Below, one piece after another: positions 8,020 through 16,157 of a DNA stretch of 23,081 bases. Made by a program: the position numbers and the translations under genes. Numbering within the stretch: the first letter of the stretch is position 1; the number at the start of each line of letters is the position of its first letter. The notes beneath the pieces are model-generated. The model was not told the DNA's origin. It worked only from the letters and a program-made list of their open reading frames with translations, and did no database searches. The stretch is from Elusimicrobiota bacterium (GTDB lineage Bacteria; CG03; SLGR01; JBDRKX01): the NCBI GenBank assembly GCA_043813605.1, contig JBDRKX010000011.1:1-23081 (forward strand). The letters run 5' to 3'.

Positions 8020-9208
8020 CAGGGATTATTTCCATAATCTCAAGAGCCTTTTTGCACCATTTATCTATAAATATCTGTTTATTAAGAATCCTTAATTCAT
8101 CATAATCAAGCTTATTCGGCTTATACCCCTGTCCGCCTATATGGTGAATATATGTATCTCCGGCAAGCATTACCCTGAATCCAGCCTGGCGGACACGAAG
8201 ACAATAATCGTAATCTTCGAACCCCCCGGGGCCGAACCTCTCATCAAGATTACCTATCCTGTCTATAACTTCTTTTTTTATAAGCAGGCAGAATGCATTG
8301 AGACGGTGACAATCTATCCATCTGCCGGCATTCTTCAAACTGAACCCGGCAGCAAATTTCTGCAAGTCGTTTATGTTCTTATACCCGGGAACTGTTTTCT
8401 GAGGTCCGGAAGCGATATTCGTACACGGGCCTGCGATACCGGCATCGGTTATGCTTTCGGCACACACAATAAGCCGCTTCAGCCATCCCTCTGTTAAGAT
8501 GACATCATTGTTAAGAAGAATAAGATAGTCTCCTTTGGCTATTTTAATGCCTTGATTGTTTGCTTTTGAGAATCCCAGATTTTCTTCATTAATAATAACT
8601 GACACGCTGTCGGCATATGTTTTTTCCATTTCTTTCAGATATTCAACTGTACCATCGGAAGAACCGTTGTCCACCGCTATTAGCTCATACGGCAACTTCG
8701 TGTACTGCCTCAGGCTGTCCACTGTCTGACGCGTCAATTCCAGTTGATTGAATGTTAGCATTATAATACTGGTGAGTTTTTCCGGCAAAGTACTGTTATC
8801 AAGTATAAAATCACAGATATTATCGGTATTATCAGTATAAATATCAAAAGCTACGGGTATCTTTTTTTTCTCTTTATCAGGAGAGAACATTACTGCAGGT
8901 CCCTGGAAAATACTTTTTACTTTATCATAATATACGGGTACGGTATCCATAGAATTAAATATCACTGCAGAATAACCGCCATTATCGAGAGCTTTTTCTA
9001 AATTACTGCAGCGGGAAGAGAAGGATTCTATCTGGCAGGAATATTGCACGCTTTTTTCATCTTCAGGCAGAACTCCCGCATATACATCAACCTGTATTGA
9101 ATTCTTTTCCAGTTTGCCGGCCAGTTTATACAGACTGTCATCCCTGCCGTACGGCAGTGCCGCCACTATTACAAGCACCTTCCTTCTTTGAGATTCAGAT
9201 TTGTTCAA
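8012..9208 (-). CDS. GT2 family glycosyltransferase with a divergent N-terminal domain
   Basis: SIIMLTFN, VDNGSSDGT, NLGFSKANNQG, LLNND, FCLLIK, DERFGPGGFEDYDYCLR, IHHIGG. TTG start overlaps the PqqD stop by 14 bp. Confidence 0.9.
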   Translation of the reverse strand: MNKSESQRRKVLVIVAALPYGRDDSLYKLAGKLEKNSIQVDVYAGVLPEDEKSVQYSCQIESFSSRCSNLEKALDNGGYSAVIFNSMDTVPVYYDKVKSIFQGPAVMFSPDKEKKKIPVAFDIYTDNTDNICDFILDNSTLPEKLTSIIMLTFNQLELTRQTVDSLRQYTKLPYELIAVDNGSSDGTVEYLKEMEKTYADSVSVIINEENLGFSKANNQGIKIAKGDYLILLNNDVILTEGWLKRLIVCAESITDAGIAGPCTNIASGPQKTVPGYKNINDLQKFAAGFSLKNAGRWIDCHRLNAFCLLIKKEVIDRIGNLDERFGPGGFEDYDYCLRVRQAGFRVMLAGDTYIHHIGGQGYKPNKLDYDELRILNKQIFIDKWCKKALEIMEIIPDG

Positions 9209-9455
9209 TCAGATCCTGCTTCTTCAACTCATCTATAATATCAGACACATCCTGCTTTAGTTCTGCTTCAGGAATATCGAATATGTCAGTCAGTTCTTCC
9301 TCGATATCATGAACTGAATAGTTTTTATCGATCATTTTCCATATTTCGGTACCTGTTGAATTCAAATAAGAGTATTTTTCATTCGCGGGATTCACTATTA
9401 CTGCTTCGCCGTCAGCAATTTTCCATAGCACATCTTCTTTTATTCTGTATTTCAT
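9195..9455 (-). CDS. Stand-alone PqqD-family protein (RiPP recognition element, RRE)
   Basis: 86 aa with the three-strand, three-helix PqqD pattern: VLWKIADGEAVIV...YSYLNSTGTEIWKMID...DVSDIIDELKKQDLIE. Confidence 0.9.
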   Translation of the reverse strand: MKYRIKEDVLWKIADGEAVIVNPANEKYSYLNSTGTEIWKMIDKNYSVHDIEEELTDIFDIPEAELKQDVSDIIDELKKQDLIEQI

Positions 9456-9489
9456 GATATTTTTCCCATAATATGTCAGACCTGCATTA

Positions 9490-9508
9490 TATTAGTAAAA
9501 AACTAATA
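9490..9508. promoter_or_regulatory. Perfect inverted repeat, candidate operator
   Basis: TATTAGT-AAAAA-ACTAATA (7-5-7), overlapping the predicted -10 box upstream of the RRE gene. Confidence 0.45.
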
Positions 9509-9528
9509 CATAAAAAGAACAAAGTCAA
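9500..9528 (-). promoter_or_regulatory. Internal sigma70-type promoter upstream of the RRE gene
   Basis: Minus strand TTGACT (9528-9523), 17 bp, TAGTTT (9505-9500). A second TATAAT lies at 9491-9486. The gap is AT-rich and 157 bp long. Confidence 0.5.
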
Positions 9529-9612
9529 CTCTATTCTATATTATAATATTAAATATGCTGATTGGGAAGTATTGTACCTGAAACTGCCGAAAGGAAGCCG
9601 CTGTCTGTTTTC

Positions 9613-10947
9613 TTATAGTATATTCTCTATCCGCAAACGTTCAAGCAGCCCATTAAAATCATCTTCAGCCGTTTCCCTGTCAACCGAATATATATCAACG
9701 ATCCTGCAGATTATTTCTTCTTTAGTCATCTGACTGCTTATAGATTCCACAATAAGCGCCCCGACGTCATTAAGGGTTCCCAGAAAGCCCGTAGACGGAT
9801 TGAACAGCAGGGCGCCGCCTTTTTCCCTCAAAAAAACAAATTCGCCTACAAGGTCGTAATGCCCTGCCTGCCCGTCATATGCCCTGGTAGCCGGGAAAAT
9901 ACCGGTTTCGGCCGCCTTTTTACAGAAAGCATGTGGTTTAAAAAGGTCTTTTTCCCGGGCAAATACTTCAGCACGGCACTTTCCCAGACATGTGTATCTG
10001 AAAACACATTTTGCGCATATACCTTGAAGATTACCGGGTAAGCCGGTCCTTACGGTATTCAACATATTGCTGTCCTTCCATATATCAGTGAGCGAATCCC
10101 TGTAAATACTGCCGAGTATCAGTTCTTTGATATTCACGCCTATGCCGCATATTGAAATAGAACCATCACTCAGTACACCCATTATGTTCTTTAATCTGCA
10201 GACAGACATTTCTTCTTTTATACGCTCAAGAGGTAAAAAAGCAACAGGTATATCCAGTCTGACAGGAATACTCATATCCGCTGCCAGTTTAAAAACAGAT
10301 TCTCTTAGTTCCAGTATTTCTTCCACAGAAAGTGTTTCGTTGCTTTCTGACATCTGCCTGCCCCTGGAAATAGCCGCCACCGGGTTTATCTTAAAACTTT
10401 TTGCCCCTAATTCCTCGGCAAGGATTGCAGTAGCTCTGATATCTCCCACGTTCTGTTTCCACAGTGAAAAAATAACCTGAACATTAAGCTTTTTGCCCGC
10501 TGCGGCTCTTATTGAATCTACCGTGCTGTCAAAACAACCCTGCCGGCCCCGCATCTTCCTGTGGATATTTTCATCTGAACCATCAAGGGCAATTGCAAGT
10601 CTCGAGACACCTGATTCTTTCATCACTGAAATCTCCCGTTCACCCAGCAGGGTCCCGTTAGTCTCTATAGTTATATCAATGTTTTCCTGCCCCAGCCATT
10701 TAATAAAACTGTTTATGTCAGGATATAGAAAAGGTTCGCCGCCCGTTAATTTCACGGATTTCAATCCGAGCGCTTTTGCTTCGGTCACGGTCCGCTTAAG
10801 AACAGATAACTCCAGTTGAGACGCCCCGTTACCGGAGCCGGAAACAGTAACAGGATCTATCCAGCAGTGCCGGCATTCCAGATTACAATTCCCGGAAAGA
10901 TATATATATAATTTTGTCAGCGGCCATAGTTTATCAGATAATTTCAA
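9613..10947 (-). CDS. scmF: Radical SAM/SPASM peptide maturase, ScmF-like (SynChlorMet cassette), with a fused C-terminal PqqD/RRE domain
   Basis: PLTKLYIYLSGNCNLECRHCWIDP, LGLKSVKLTGGEPF, IETNG, LGAKSFKIN, SRG..M...ETLS, GVLSDG...CGIG, CAKCx5Cx3C...FC, GIFPATR match the ScmF family as I recall it. The last ~80 aa (ALLFNPSTG...LNDVGALIV...EDDFNGLLERL) are PqqD-like. AAGGAGG RBS precedes the TTG start. Confidence 0.85.
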   Translation of the reverse strand: MKLSDKLWPLTKLYIYLSGNCNLECRHCWIDPVTVSGSGNGASQLELSVLKRTVTEAKALGLKSVKLTGGEPFLYPDINSFIKWLGQENIDITIETNGTLLGEREISVMKESGVSRLAIALDGSDENIHRKMRGRQGCFDSTVDSIRAAAGKKLNVQVIFSLWKQNVGDIRATAILAEELGAKSFKINPVAAISRGRQMSESNETLSVEEILELRESVFKLAADMSIPVRLDIPVAFLPLERIKEEMSVCRLKNIMGVLSDGSISICGIGVNIKELILGSIYRDSLTDIWKDSNMLNTVRTGLPGNLQGICAKCVFRYTCLGKCRAEVFAREKDLFKPHAFCKKAAETGIFPATRAYDGQAGHYDLVGEFVFLREKGGALLFNPSTGFLGTLNDVGALIVESISSQMTKEEIICRIVDIYSVDRETAEDDFNGLLERLRIENIL

Positions 10948-12004
10948 GCAGCCTCCTTTCCATTAATTCCATACTGTATCTTTCTTTTACTGCCGAATAC
11001 CCGGTTATTGAAAAAAAGCTCCATTTTTCTTTATCAGTATATAGCGTAGCGATACTGTCTGCAAATCCGCATGGCTCGTCCGATACTGTTATTTCCTTTC
11101 CTTCTTCAAAAAACATACCCTCCGAGCCTATGGCCGTTGAAACCACAGGACATCCCCAGGCCATAGATTCTATTATCTTGGATTTCATTCCCGCCCCTAT
11201 TCTCAACGGCACTACTGAAACCATAAAAGAACTAAAATAAAGACTGAGGTCTTTCACATATCCTGTGACCACTATATCATCTCCACTCAGATTCCGTATC
11301 CTTTTTACCGGGCAGCTGCCTGCCACATAAAGTTTAATACCGGGTATTTTATCCCTTAGTATCGGGAAAATATCTTCAGCAAAATATTCAACTGCATCTA
11401 CATTATGCAGGTTATTCATGCTTCCCGCATAGATGATATTGTTCCTGCCGGTAACACTTCTTATCTCACCCGGTATCACGGTTCCCGTAAAGAGATCCGC
11501 AACTTCCGTATCCATATAGCCCTTGAGAATATCTCTTTCCTTCGGCGTAACAGTCAATACAAGATCTGCTTTCATATAAACACTCAGCTCTTCTTTCTTC
11601 CTTTTTTCAAGTATATCTCCCGGCGGAAAAGGGCCTCCTCGCGCATTTTCTATAAATTTAAGACAATGAGAATCTACTATTATCTTTGCATCGGTATATT
11701 CTCTTACCATATCGGCATATTCTCCCGCAGAGCTGTAGAATTCGAATAAAACTGTATTGTAACTGCGCTTTTCAAGTACTTCTTCAAGCTTTTCCTTTAC
11801 CTGCGGGTATGACTCTATTACACTTACCCCGGATTCTTCCAGCTGTTTTTTATATACTTCCAGCTCCCTGTCATATATGAGGGGAAAGAAAAAAACACGG
11901 TATTTTCCCGTCAGTATCCTTATTATGTGAAATATCCTGTAATCACCCGCATTTGTATCAAAACACGGTATATGCGGAGCAATGACTAAAATATTATTTT
12001 TCAC
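10934..12004 (-). CDS. GT4-family (GT-B) glycosyltransferase
   Basis: YAGSMNNLHNVDAV, VVTGYVKDL, VVPLRIGAGMKSKIIESMAWGCPVVSTAIGSEG. The GTG start overlaps the GT2 stop; 14-bp overlap with the rSAM gene. Confidence 0.92.
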   Translation of the reverse strand: MKNNILVIAPHIPCFDTNAGDYRIFHIIRILTGKYRVFFFPLIYDRELEVYKKQLEESGVSVIESYPQVKEKLEEVLEKRSYNTVLFEFYSSAGEYADMVREYTDAKIIVDSHCLKFIENARGGPFPPGDILEKRKKEELSVYMKADLVLTVTPKERDILKGYMDTEVADLFTGTVIPGEIRSVTGRNNIIYAGSMNNLHNVDAVEYFAEDIFPILRDKIPGIKLYVAGSCPVKRIRNLSGDDIVVTGYVKDLSLYFSSFMVSVVPLRIGAGMKSKIIESMAWGCPVVSTAIGSEGMFFEEGKEITVSDEPCGFADSIATLYTDKEKWSFFSITGYSAVKERYSMELMERRLLEII

Positions 12005-12807
12005 AAAAATTCCTTCATTTTGCGTATCTCTTCAAAAGATCTTTCTCCTCTTGAGCCATAGGGCTGATTCACTTCCCGTAAATATTTGATCCCTCTTTCT
12101 TTAAATTTCCATACAAGATACTCCCTGTTCCTCCTGTCAAGTCCTTTTATATCAAATTTCCCGAGAGTCCTGCTGTAATAATGGAAAACAAGGGTATCCA
12201 TTGCGCAGACTATCCTGTATCCCGCATCACGTACCCTGATACAAAAATCATGGTCGTCATTAGTACCGTAACCGTAATTCTCGTCAAAATAACCTACTTT
12301 TGGGAATATACAGCTCTTAACCAGCATGCAGAAAGAGGTTATTCCGGGCACTTCAATAGATTCTTTTTTTCTGGAAAGATAAAGGACAGCGGCATCCCTT
12401 TGTATTTTTATCTCGTCAACAGAATTGATATCAGCCGGTAATTCTCCCGCCTGATTTGAACATGGCCCCACGAGAGCTATATCCTCCGAACTCTCCGCCA
12501 GGGAAATCAGTCTTTCCAGCCATCCGTCTGTTACAATTGTATCATTATTTAGAAGGACCACATAATCACTGTTTGCCGACTTTATCCCCGCATTAAAGGC
12601 TTTTGGAGCTCCTTCGTTACTGCTTTTGCTTATCAGCTTTAATCCGGGTCCATTTTCTTTGAGCCACTCATTTGTCCCGTCGGACGAACCGTTGTCCACA
12701 ACTATCAGTTCAAAAGGTGATCGCGTATAGCGAAATATACTGTTTATACATTTTTTAGTGAATTCCAGCCGGTTAAAACACGGAATTATTATAGCGGTTT
12801 TTTTCAT
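12001..12807 (-). CDS. GT2-family glycosyltransferase
   Basis: IIIPCFN, VVDNGSSDGT, LLNNDT, FCMLVK, FDENYGYGTNDDHDFCIR, VFHY. Confidence 0.92.
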   Translation of the reverse strand: MKKTAIIIPCFNRLEFTKKCINSIFRYTRSPFELIVVDNGSSDGTNEWLKENGPGLKLISKSSNEGAPKAFNAGIKSANSDYVVLLNNDTIVTDGWLERLISLAESSEDIALVGPCSNQAGELPADINSVDEIKIQRDAAVLYLSRKKESIEVPGITSFCMLVKSCIFPKVGYFDENYGYGTNDDHDFCIRVRDAGYRIVCAMDTLVFHYYSRTLGKFDIKGLDRRNREYLVWKFKERGIKYLREVNQPYGSRGERSFEEIRKMKEFL

Positions 12808-13059
12808 TGTGCTATTACCGGATCAGGCCGGCCTTTAATATCTATCAAAGTATCGGAAAGAAAATAAATGGTGTTATTTTGCTTAAAATCAAGGAAGGTA
12901 AATGTCAATTTATCAAGGGCATATTCTTCTTCTCACGAAAATGCTAAAGAGTGAATATCTTTAATCCGTTATCTTCTGCCGTTCTTTTATCAGTTCCGCC
13001 GGCTGTTACTTAACCTTAAGTATTCCAGTGCAGCAAACATATTCCTACAGGTACTTCTT

Positions 13060-13209
13060 CTATTCCGATTCAGCTATAGATGAAAGCCCTGTGGTACAAT
13101 CCGAAACCACATAAGGAGCTACCGTCGATTTAAACGTTTCCAGTTTGGGTTTCTCGTAGTTCCTGCGGATTTTCTTCTTGCCGGAAAGTTCCCCTTTTTT
13201 CCTCTCCAT
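13060..13209 (-). CDS. Putative RiPP precursor peptide, 49 aa (ScmA-like)
   Basis: MERKKGELSGKKKIRRNYEKPKLETFKSTVAPYVVSDCTTGLSSIAESE. AGGAGG (13223-13218) lies a short spacer upstream of ATG 13209. Basic N-terminus, YxxPxL RRE-binding motif, CxxG core. First gene of the RRE/rSAM cluster. Confidence 0.78.
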   Translation of the reverse strand: MERKKGELSGKKKIRRNYEKPKLETFKSTVAPYVVSDCTTGLSSIAESE

Positions 13210-13265
13210 TTGAGTCAACCTCCTGAATAAAACTATTTTAACCTGCATATTCCGCGCCTCCATAA

Positions 13266-13294
13266 ATACTAATATATCTATTCTACAAAGTCAA
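13266..13294 (-). promoter_or_regulatory. Sigma70-type promoter of the precursor gene
   Basis: TTGACT (13294-13289), 17 bp, TAGTAT (13271-13266). Confidence 0.6.
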
Positions 13295-13332
13295 GATAAT
13301 ATATTCAGATAATATATTCAGATAATATATTC
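13294..13332. repeat. Perfect 13-bp tandem repeat AGATAATATATTC x3
   Basis: Copies at 13294-13306, 13307-13319 and 13320-13332, abutting the predicted -35 box. Confidence 0.92.
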
Positions 13333-13439
13333 GTGTAAAATCAGTATTTACCTGTTTATTGCTGAAATATTCCTTCGTCATATATATGGTTTTTAGTATT
13401 TCCTGCTGCAGCGCACAAAGTCCCTGTTATTTCAATATC

Positions 13440-14202
13440 TTAAATCCGCGAACGATCCTGTAGATAGATAATTTTTAAAAGCCCCGGAATCCGGCGCAAA
13501 CCCTTTTCCAACCGCGACGGCAGGCTGTTTTTTGCCTTCCATACAAACGGCGGAAGAAGACCCGCATAGAAATCGCCTATTCTTCCAAAACCGGCTGATT
13601 TCATCATCTCCATGCTCCTGCCGGGTGTATAGAAAAAGATCCGGCGCTCTATTTTCCATGAAAGTACAGGATGGAAGGATATATAAGGTATCCAGGCGGG
13701 CTGGCAGGGATTCGGATCCATGAACACGGCCCTGCCTCCGGGTGCCAGTGCTTTATATATTCTGGAAAGAACAGATACCGGATGTTCCAGATGATGCAAT
13801 ATTCCGCGGCCTATTATCAGCCGGTATCTTTCGTTTTCCTCAATCGACTCCGCTTTTTGCTGTATACCGCGGAACTTCGCTGACAGTCCTTTTTCTTCTA
13901 AACGCCCCCTTAATACCCATAAGCGCTTGAGATGATATATCAATACCGGTCACATTACAACCGGCTTCGAGCAGCGGTACGGTTGTCCGTCCCATTCCAC
14001 ACCCGACATCCAGCACTTCTTCCCCCGGAACAGGACAAGCCAGCGCAAGAAACCGCTCGGTCATTGCCTTGTGAAAGGGGCTGTCTTTTCCGTACATGGC
14101 GGGATAGGCTTCTGCATTCTGATCAAAATGATATTTTTGTCTTTCTTCCCACTTATCCATCTTGCTTGTTAAGTTTTCTGATATCCGGGCACTGTTTTTC
14201 AA
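13440..14202 (-). pseudogene. Class I SAM-dependent methyltransferase split by a +1 frameshift (pseudogene or sequencing error)
   Basis: The N-half (VLDVGCGMG, VTGIDIS) is in ORF 13840-14202 and the C-half (ILHHL, LAPGGRAVFMDPNP) is in ORF 13440-13943. Removing one base near 13905-13918 (ATGGGTATTAAGGGGGCG) joins them. The start may be ATG 14160. Confidence 0.8.
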
Positions 14203-14211
14203 CTAAAAAGT

Positions 14212-14240
14212 ATTATACCAAACGAATATCTCCTTATCAA
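14212..14240 (-). promoter_or_regulatory. Sigma70 promoter with extended -10 for the methyltransferase
   Basis: TTGATA (14240-14235), 17 bp, TGgTATAAT (-10 hexamer at 14217-14212). Confidence 0.6.
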
Positions 14241-14394
14241 TTCATGCAACACCTATATGTATTCCGGCCGGTTAGCATTGCAGCAGTATTTATTATATGG
14301 TTTTTTTTCTGTATAATGTAGTTTATGCTGTTTTCAGTATGGATAAAAAATCCTCTGCTGTCATAACCGGCATTAACCTTATATATTAAAAAAT

Positions 14395-15543
14395 ATGGAT
14401 ATAAAAATATCAGTAATCATGCCCGCCCTCAATGAACAGGAGACAGTGGGAATATGTATAGATAAAGCAAAAAAAGCATGCGATCTGATCGGACTGCCAT
14501 ATGAGATAATTGTTTCTGATAACGGATCATCGGACAGGACTGTAGAAATAGCTTCCGGCAAAGGAGCAATCGTGGTTCATCAGCCCGTAAAAGGTTATGG
14601 CACGGCCTATATGAAAGGTTTTGAAGCGGCTTCGGGAGAATACATAGTAATGGGAGATTCTGATGATAGTTATGACTTCAGCAGGATAGGGCCTTTTATC
14701 GAAAAGCTCCAGGAGGGTTATGATCTTGTAATGGGCAACAGACTCGGTGGAACGATAGAAAAAGGGGCAATGCCATGGCTGAACAGATACTTCGGGAATC
14801 CCTTTCTGACAAAAATAATGAACTTCTTCCTTAAAACAGATATATCTGATGTTTACTGCGGAATGAGAGGATTCAGAAAAGATATATTAGAGAAGATAAA
14901 CCTGAGGACTGCCGGAATGGAATTTGCAACTGAAATGGTGATAAAAGCAGCTATCTACGGATTAAAAACAACAGAAATACCCATAACTCTTCACAAAGAC
15001 GGCCGTACGGGTTCCCCGCACCTGCGGCCGATCACAGATGGATGGCGTACTCTAAGGTTTATGCTCCTGTACAGTCCGCGATGGCTGCTCTTTTATCCGG
15101 GGCTTACCATTATGACACTCGGTATCATGATATTTATCTGGCTGCTTCCGGGGCCGAAGACCATCGGGCAGGTTACCTTTGATTTTCATACATTGCTCTA
15201 TGGCGCTATAGCTGTCATCCTCGGGTACCAGGTAATCTCTTTTGCGCTTTTCGCAAGGATATTCGCAATAACAGAAGGTCTTCTACCCGATGATCCTGTC
15301 CTGGATAATCTTTATCGGTTTATTAAACTGGAATCCGGCCTTATCGCGGGAATTATTCTGTTTATCTGCGGTATAACGGGAACTGTCTATGCTTTGAGCA
15401 CATGGTATGCTGTATCGTTTGGCCCGCTTGTTCCATCCAGAACATTGAGACTGGCAATTCCTTCGGTCACCCTTATCATCCTGGGGGTACAGACTATACT
15501 TGCCAGTTTTTTTATCAGCATACTGGGGCTGAGACGACGTTGA
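14395..15543 (+). CDS. GT2 polyprenol-phosphate glycosyltransferase (DPM/DPG synthase-like) with a C-terminal membrane domain
   Basis: SVIMPALNE, VSDNGSSDRT, KGYGTA, MGDSDDSYD, DLVMGNR, DVYCGMRGF, GMEFATEM, SPHLRPITDGWR; four C-terminal TM helices. Confidence 0.9.
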   Translation: MDIKISVIMPALNEQETVGICIDKAKKACDLIGLPYEIIVSDNGSSDRTVEIASGKGAIVVHQPVKGYGTAYMKGFEAASGEYIVMGDSDDSYDFSRIGPFIEKLQEGYDLVMGNRLGGTIEKGAMPWLNRYFGNPFLTKIMNFFLKTDISDVYCGMRGFRKDILEKINLRTAGMEFATEMVIKAAIYGLKTTEIPITLHKDGRTGSPHLRPITDGWRTLRFMLLYSPRWLLFYPGLTIMTLGIMIFIWLLPGPKTIGQVTFDFHTLLYGAIAVILGYQVISFALFARIFAITEGLLPDDPVLDNLYRFIKLESGLIAGIILFICGITGTVYALSTWYAVSFGPLVPSRTLRLAIPSVTLIILGVQTILASFFISILGLRRR

Positions 15544-16157
15544 ACGCAATCGGTAATTTCCATAAAAACCGTATACATACGGCAAGAAGCCTGCGCATAG
15601 GAACCCGCCTGGCCGGGATTATTCCGCATAACGCCGGCATTCTTGATGTCGGCTGTGGAGACGGCCTCGTTTCATCGATTATCATGAAGCAAAGACCGGA
15701 CATAAGCATCCGCGGTATAGATATTTCCACGGAAAATCCCTGTTTGATCCCGGTTGAAAAATTCGATGGCATAAACATTCCTTTTCAGACAGGGAAAACA
15801 GAAATAGTACTCATAGTAGATGTCCTGCATCACCTGGATAACCCGCAGCACCTTCTTTCTGAAGCTGCCCGGATCGCGTCAGGAGCTGTTATGATCAAGG
15901 ACCATGTATGTGACAGATTTCTAGGCAGCAATATCTTATCTTTCATGGATTGGGTCGGTAATTCATACCTGAAGGTGAACCTGCCGTATAACTACTGGAA
16001 AAAACAAAAATGGCTGGAAACCTTTGCCGACATGGGATTCAAGGAAGAAGACATTGACTGGATAGACGATATTACATTATATCCGCATCCCTTTGAATGG
16101 TTTTTCGGGAAATCTCTTAATTTTATATGCACACTCAATATCAGAAAGACTTCCTAA
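15540..16157 (+). CDS. Class I SAM-dependent methyltransferase
   Basis: ILDVGCGDG, IRGIDI, FDGINIPF, DVLHH, IKDH, MDWVGN. Likely TTG start at 15540 overlapping the upstream TGA. Confidence 0.85.
   Translation: MNAIGNFHKNRIHTARSLRIGTRLAGIIPHNAGILDVGCGDGLVSSIIMKQRPDISIRGIDISTENPCLIPVEKFDGINIPFQTGKTEIVLIVDVLHHLDNPQHLLSEAARIASGAVMIKDHVCDRFLGSNILSFMDWVGNSYLKVNLPYNYWKKQKWLETFADMGFKEEDIDWIDDITLYPHPFEWFFGKSLNFICTLNIRKTS

Noticed and set aside
12808..13059. Second precursor or structured RNA between the precursor and GT2
   Set aside because: I found only a 16-codon ORF with no leader motif and weak short hairpins. A TTGACA is present without a convincing -10 box.
2072..13209. Lasso peptide cluster (YxxPxL leader, T-T-G junction with Glu at core positions 7 and 9, RRE, AsnB homologue)
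   Set aside because: The core GLSSIAESE would have at most a 2-residue tail, too short to thread. The leader Tyr sits at -23 rather than about -17. There is no transglutaminase-like B2 peptidase, and the AsnB keeps its Ntn Cys glutaminase domain, unlike lasso cyclases.
9195..13209. PQQ biosynthesis (PqqD plus PqqE-like rSAM plus small peptide)
   Set aside because: No pqqB or pqqC, the peptide lacks the core ExxxY motif, and the rSAM motifs match ScmF rather than PqqE.
8012..13209. Classical glycocin (sublancin-type) cluster
   Set aside because: No double-glycine leader, only one Cys, no C39 peptidase-ABC transporter or thiol-disulfide oxidoreductase, and the GT2s do not show the SunS-type TPR architecture.
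13210..13263. Longer 67-aa version of the precursor (ATG 13263)
   Set aside because: That ATG lies 2 nt downstream of the predicted -10 box, so it would fall outside the transcript, and the AGGAGG RBS points to ATG 13209.
13294..13332. CRISPR array
   Set aside because: The 13-bp units are contiguous with no spacers, and there are no cas genes.
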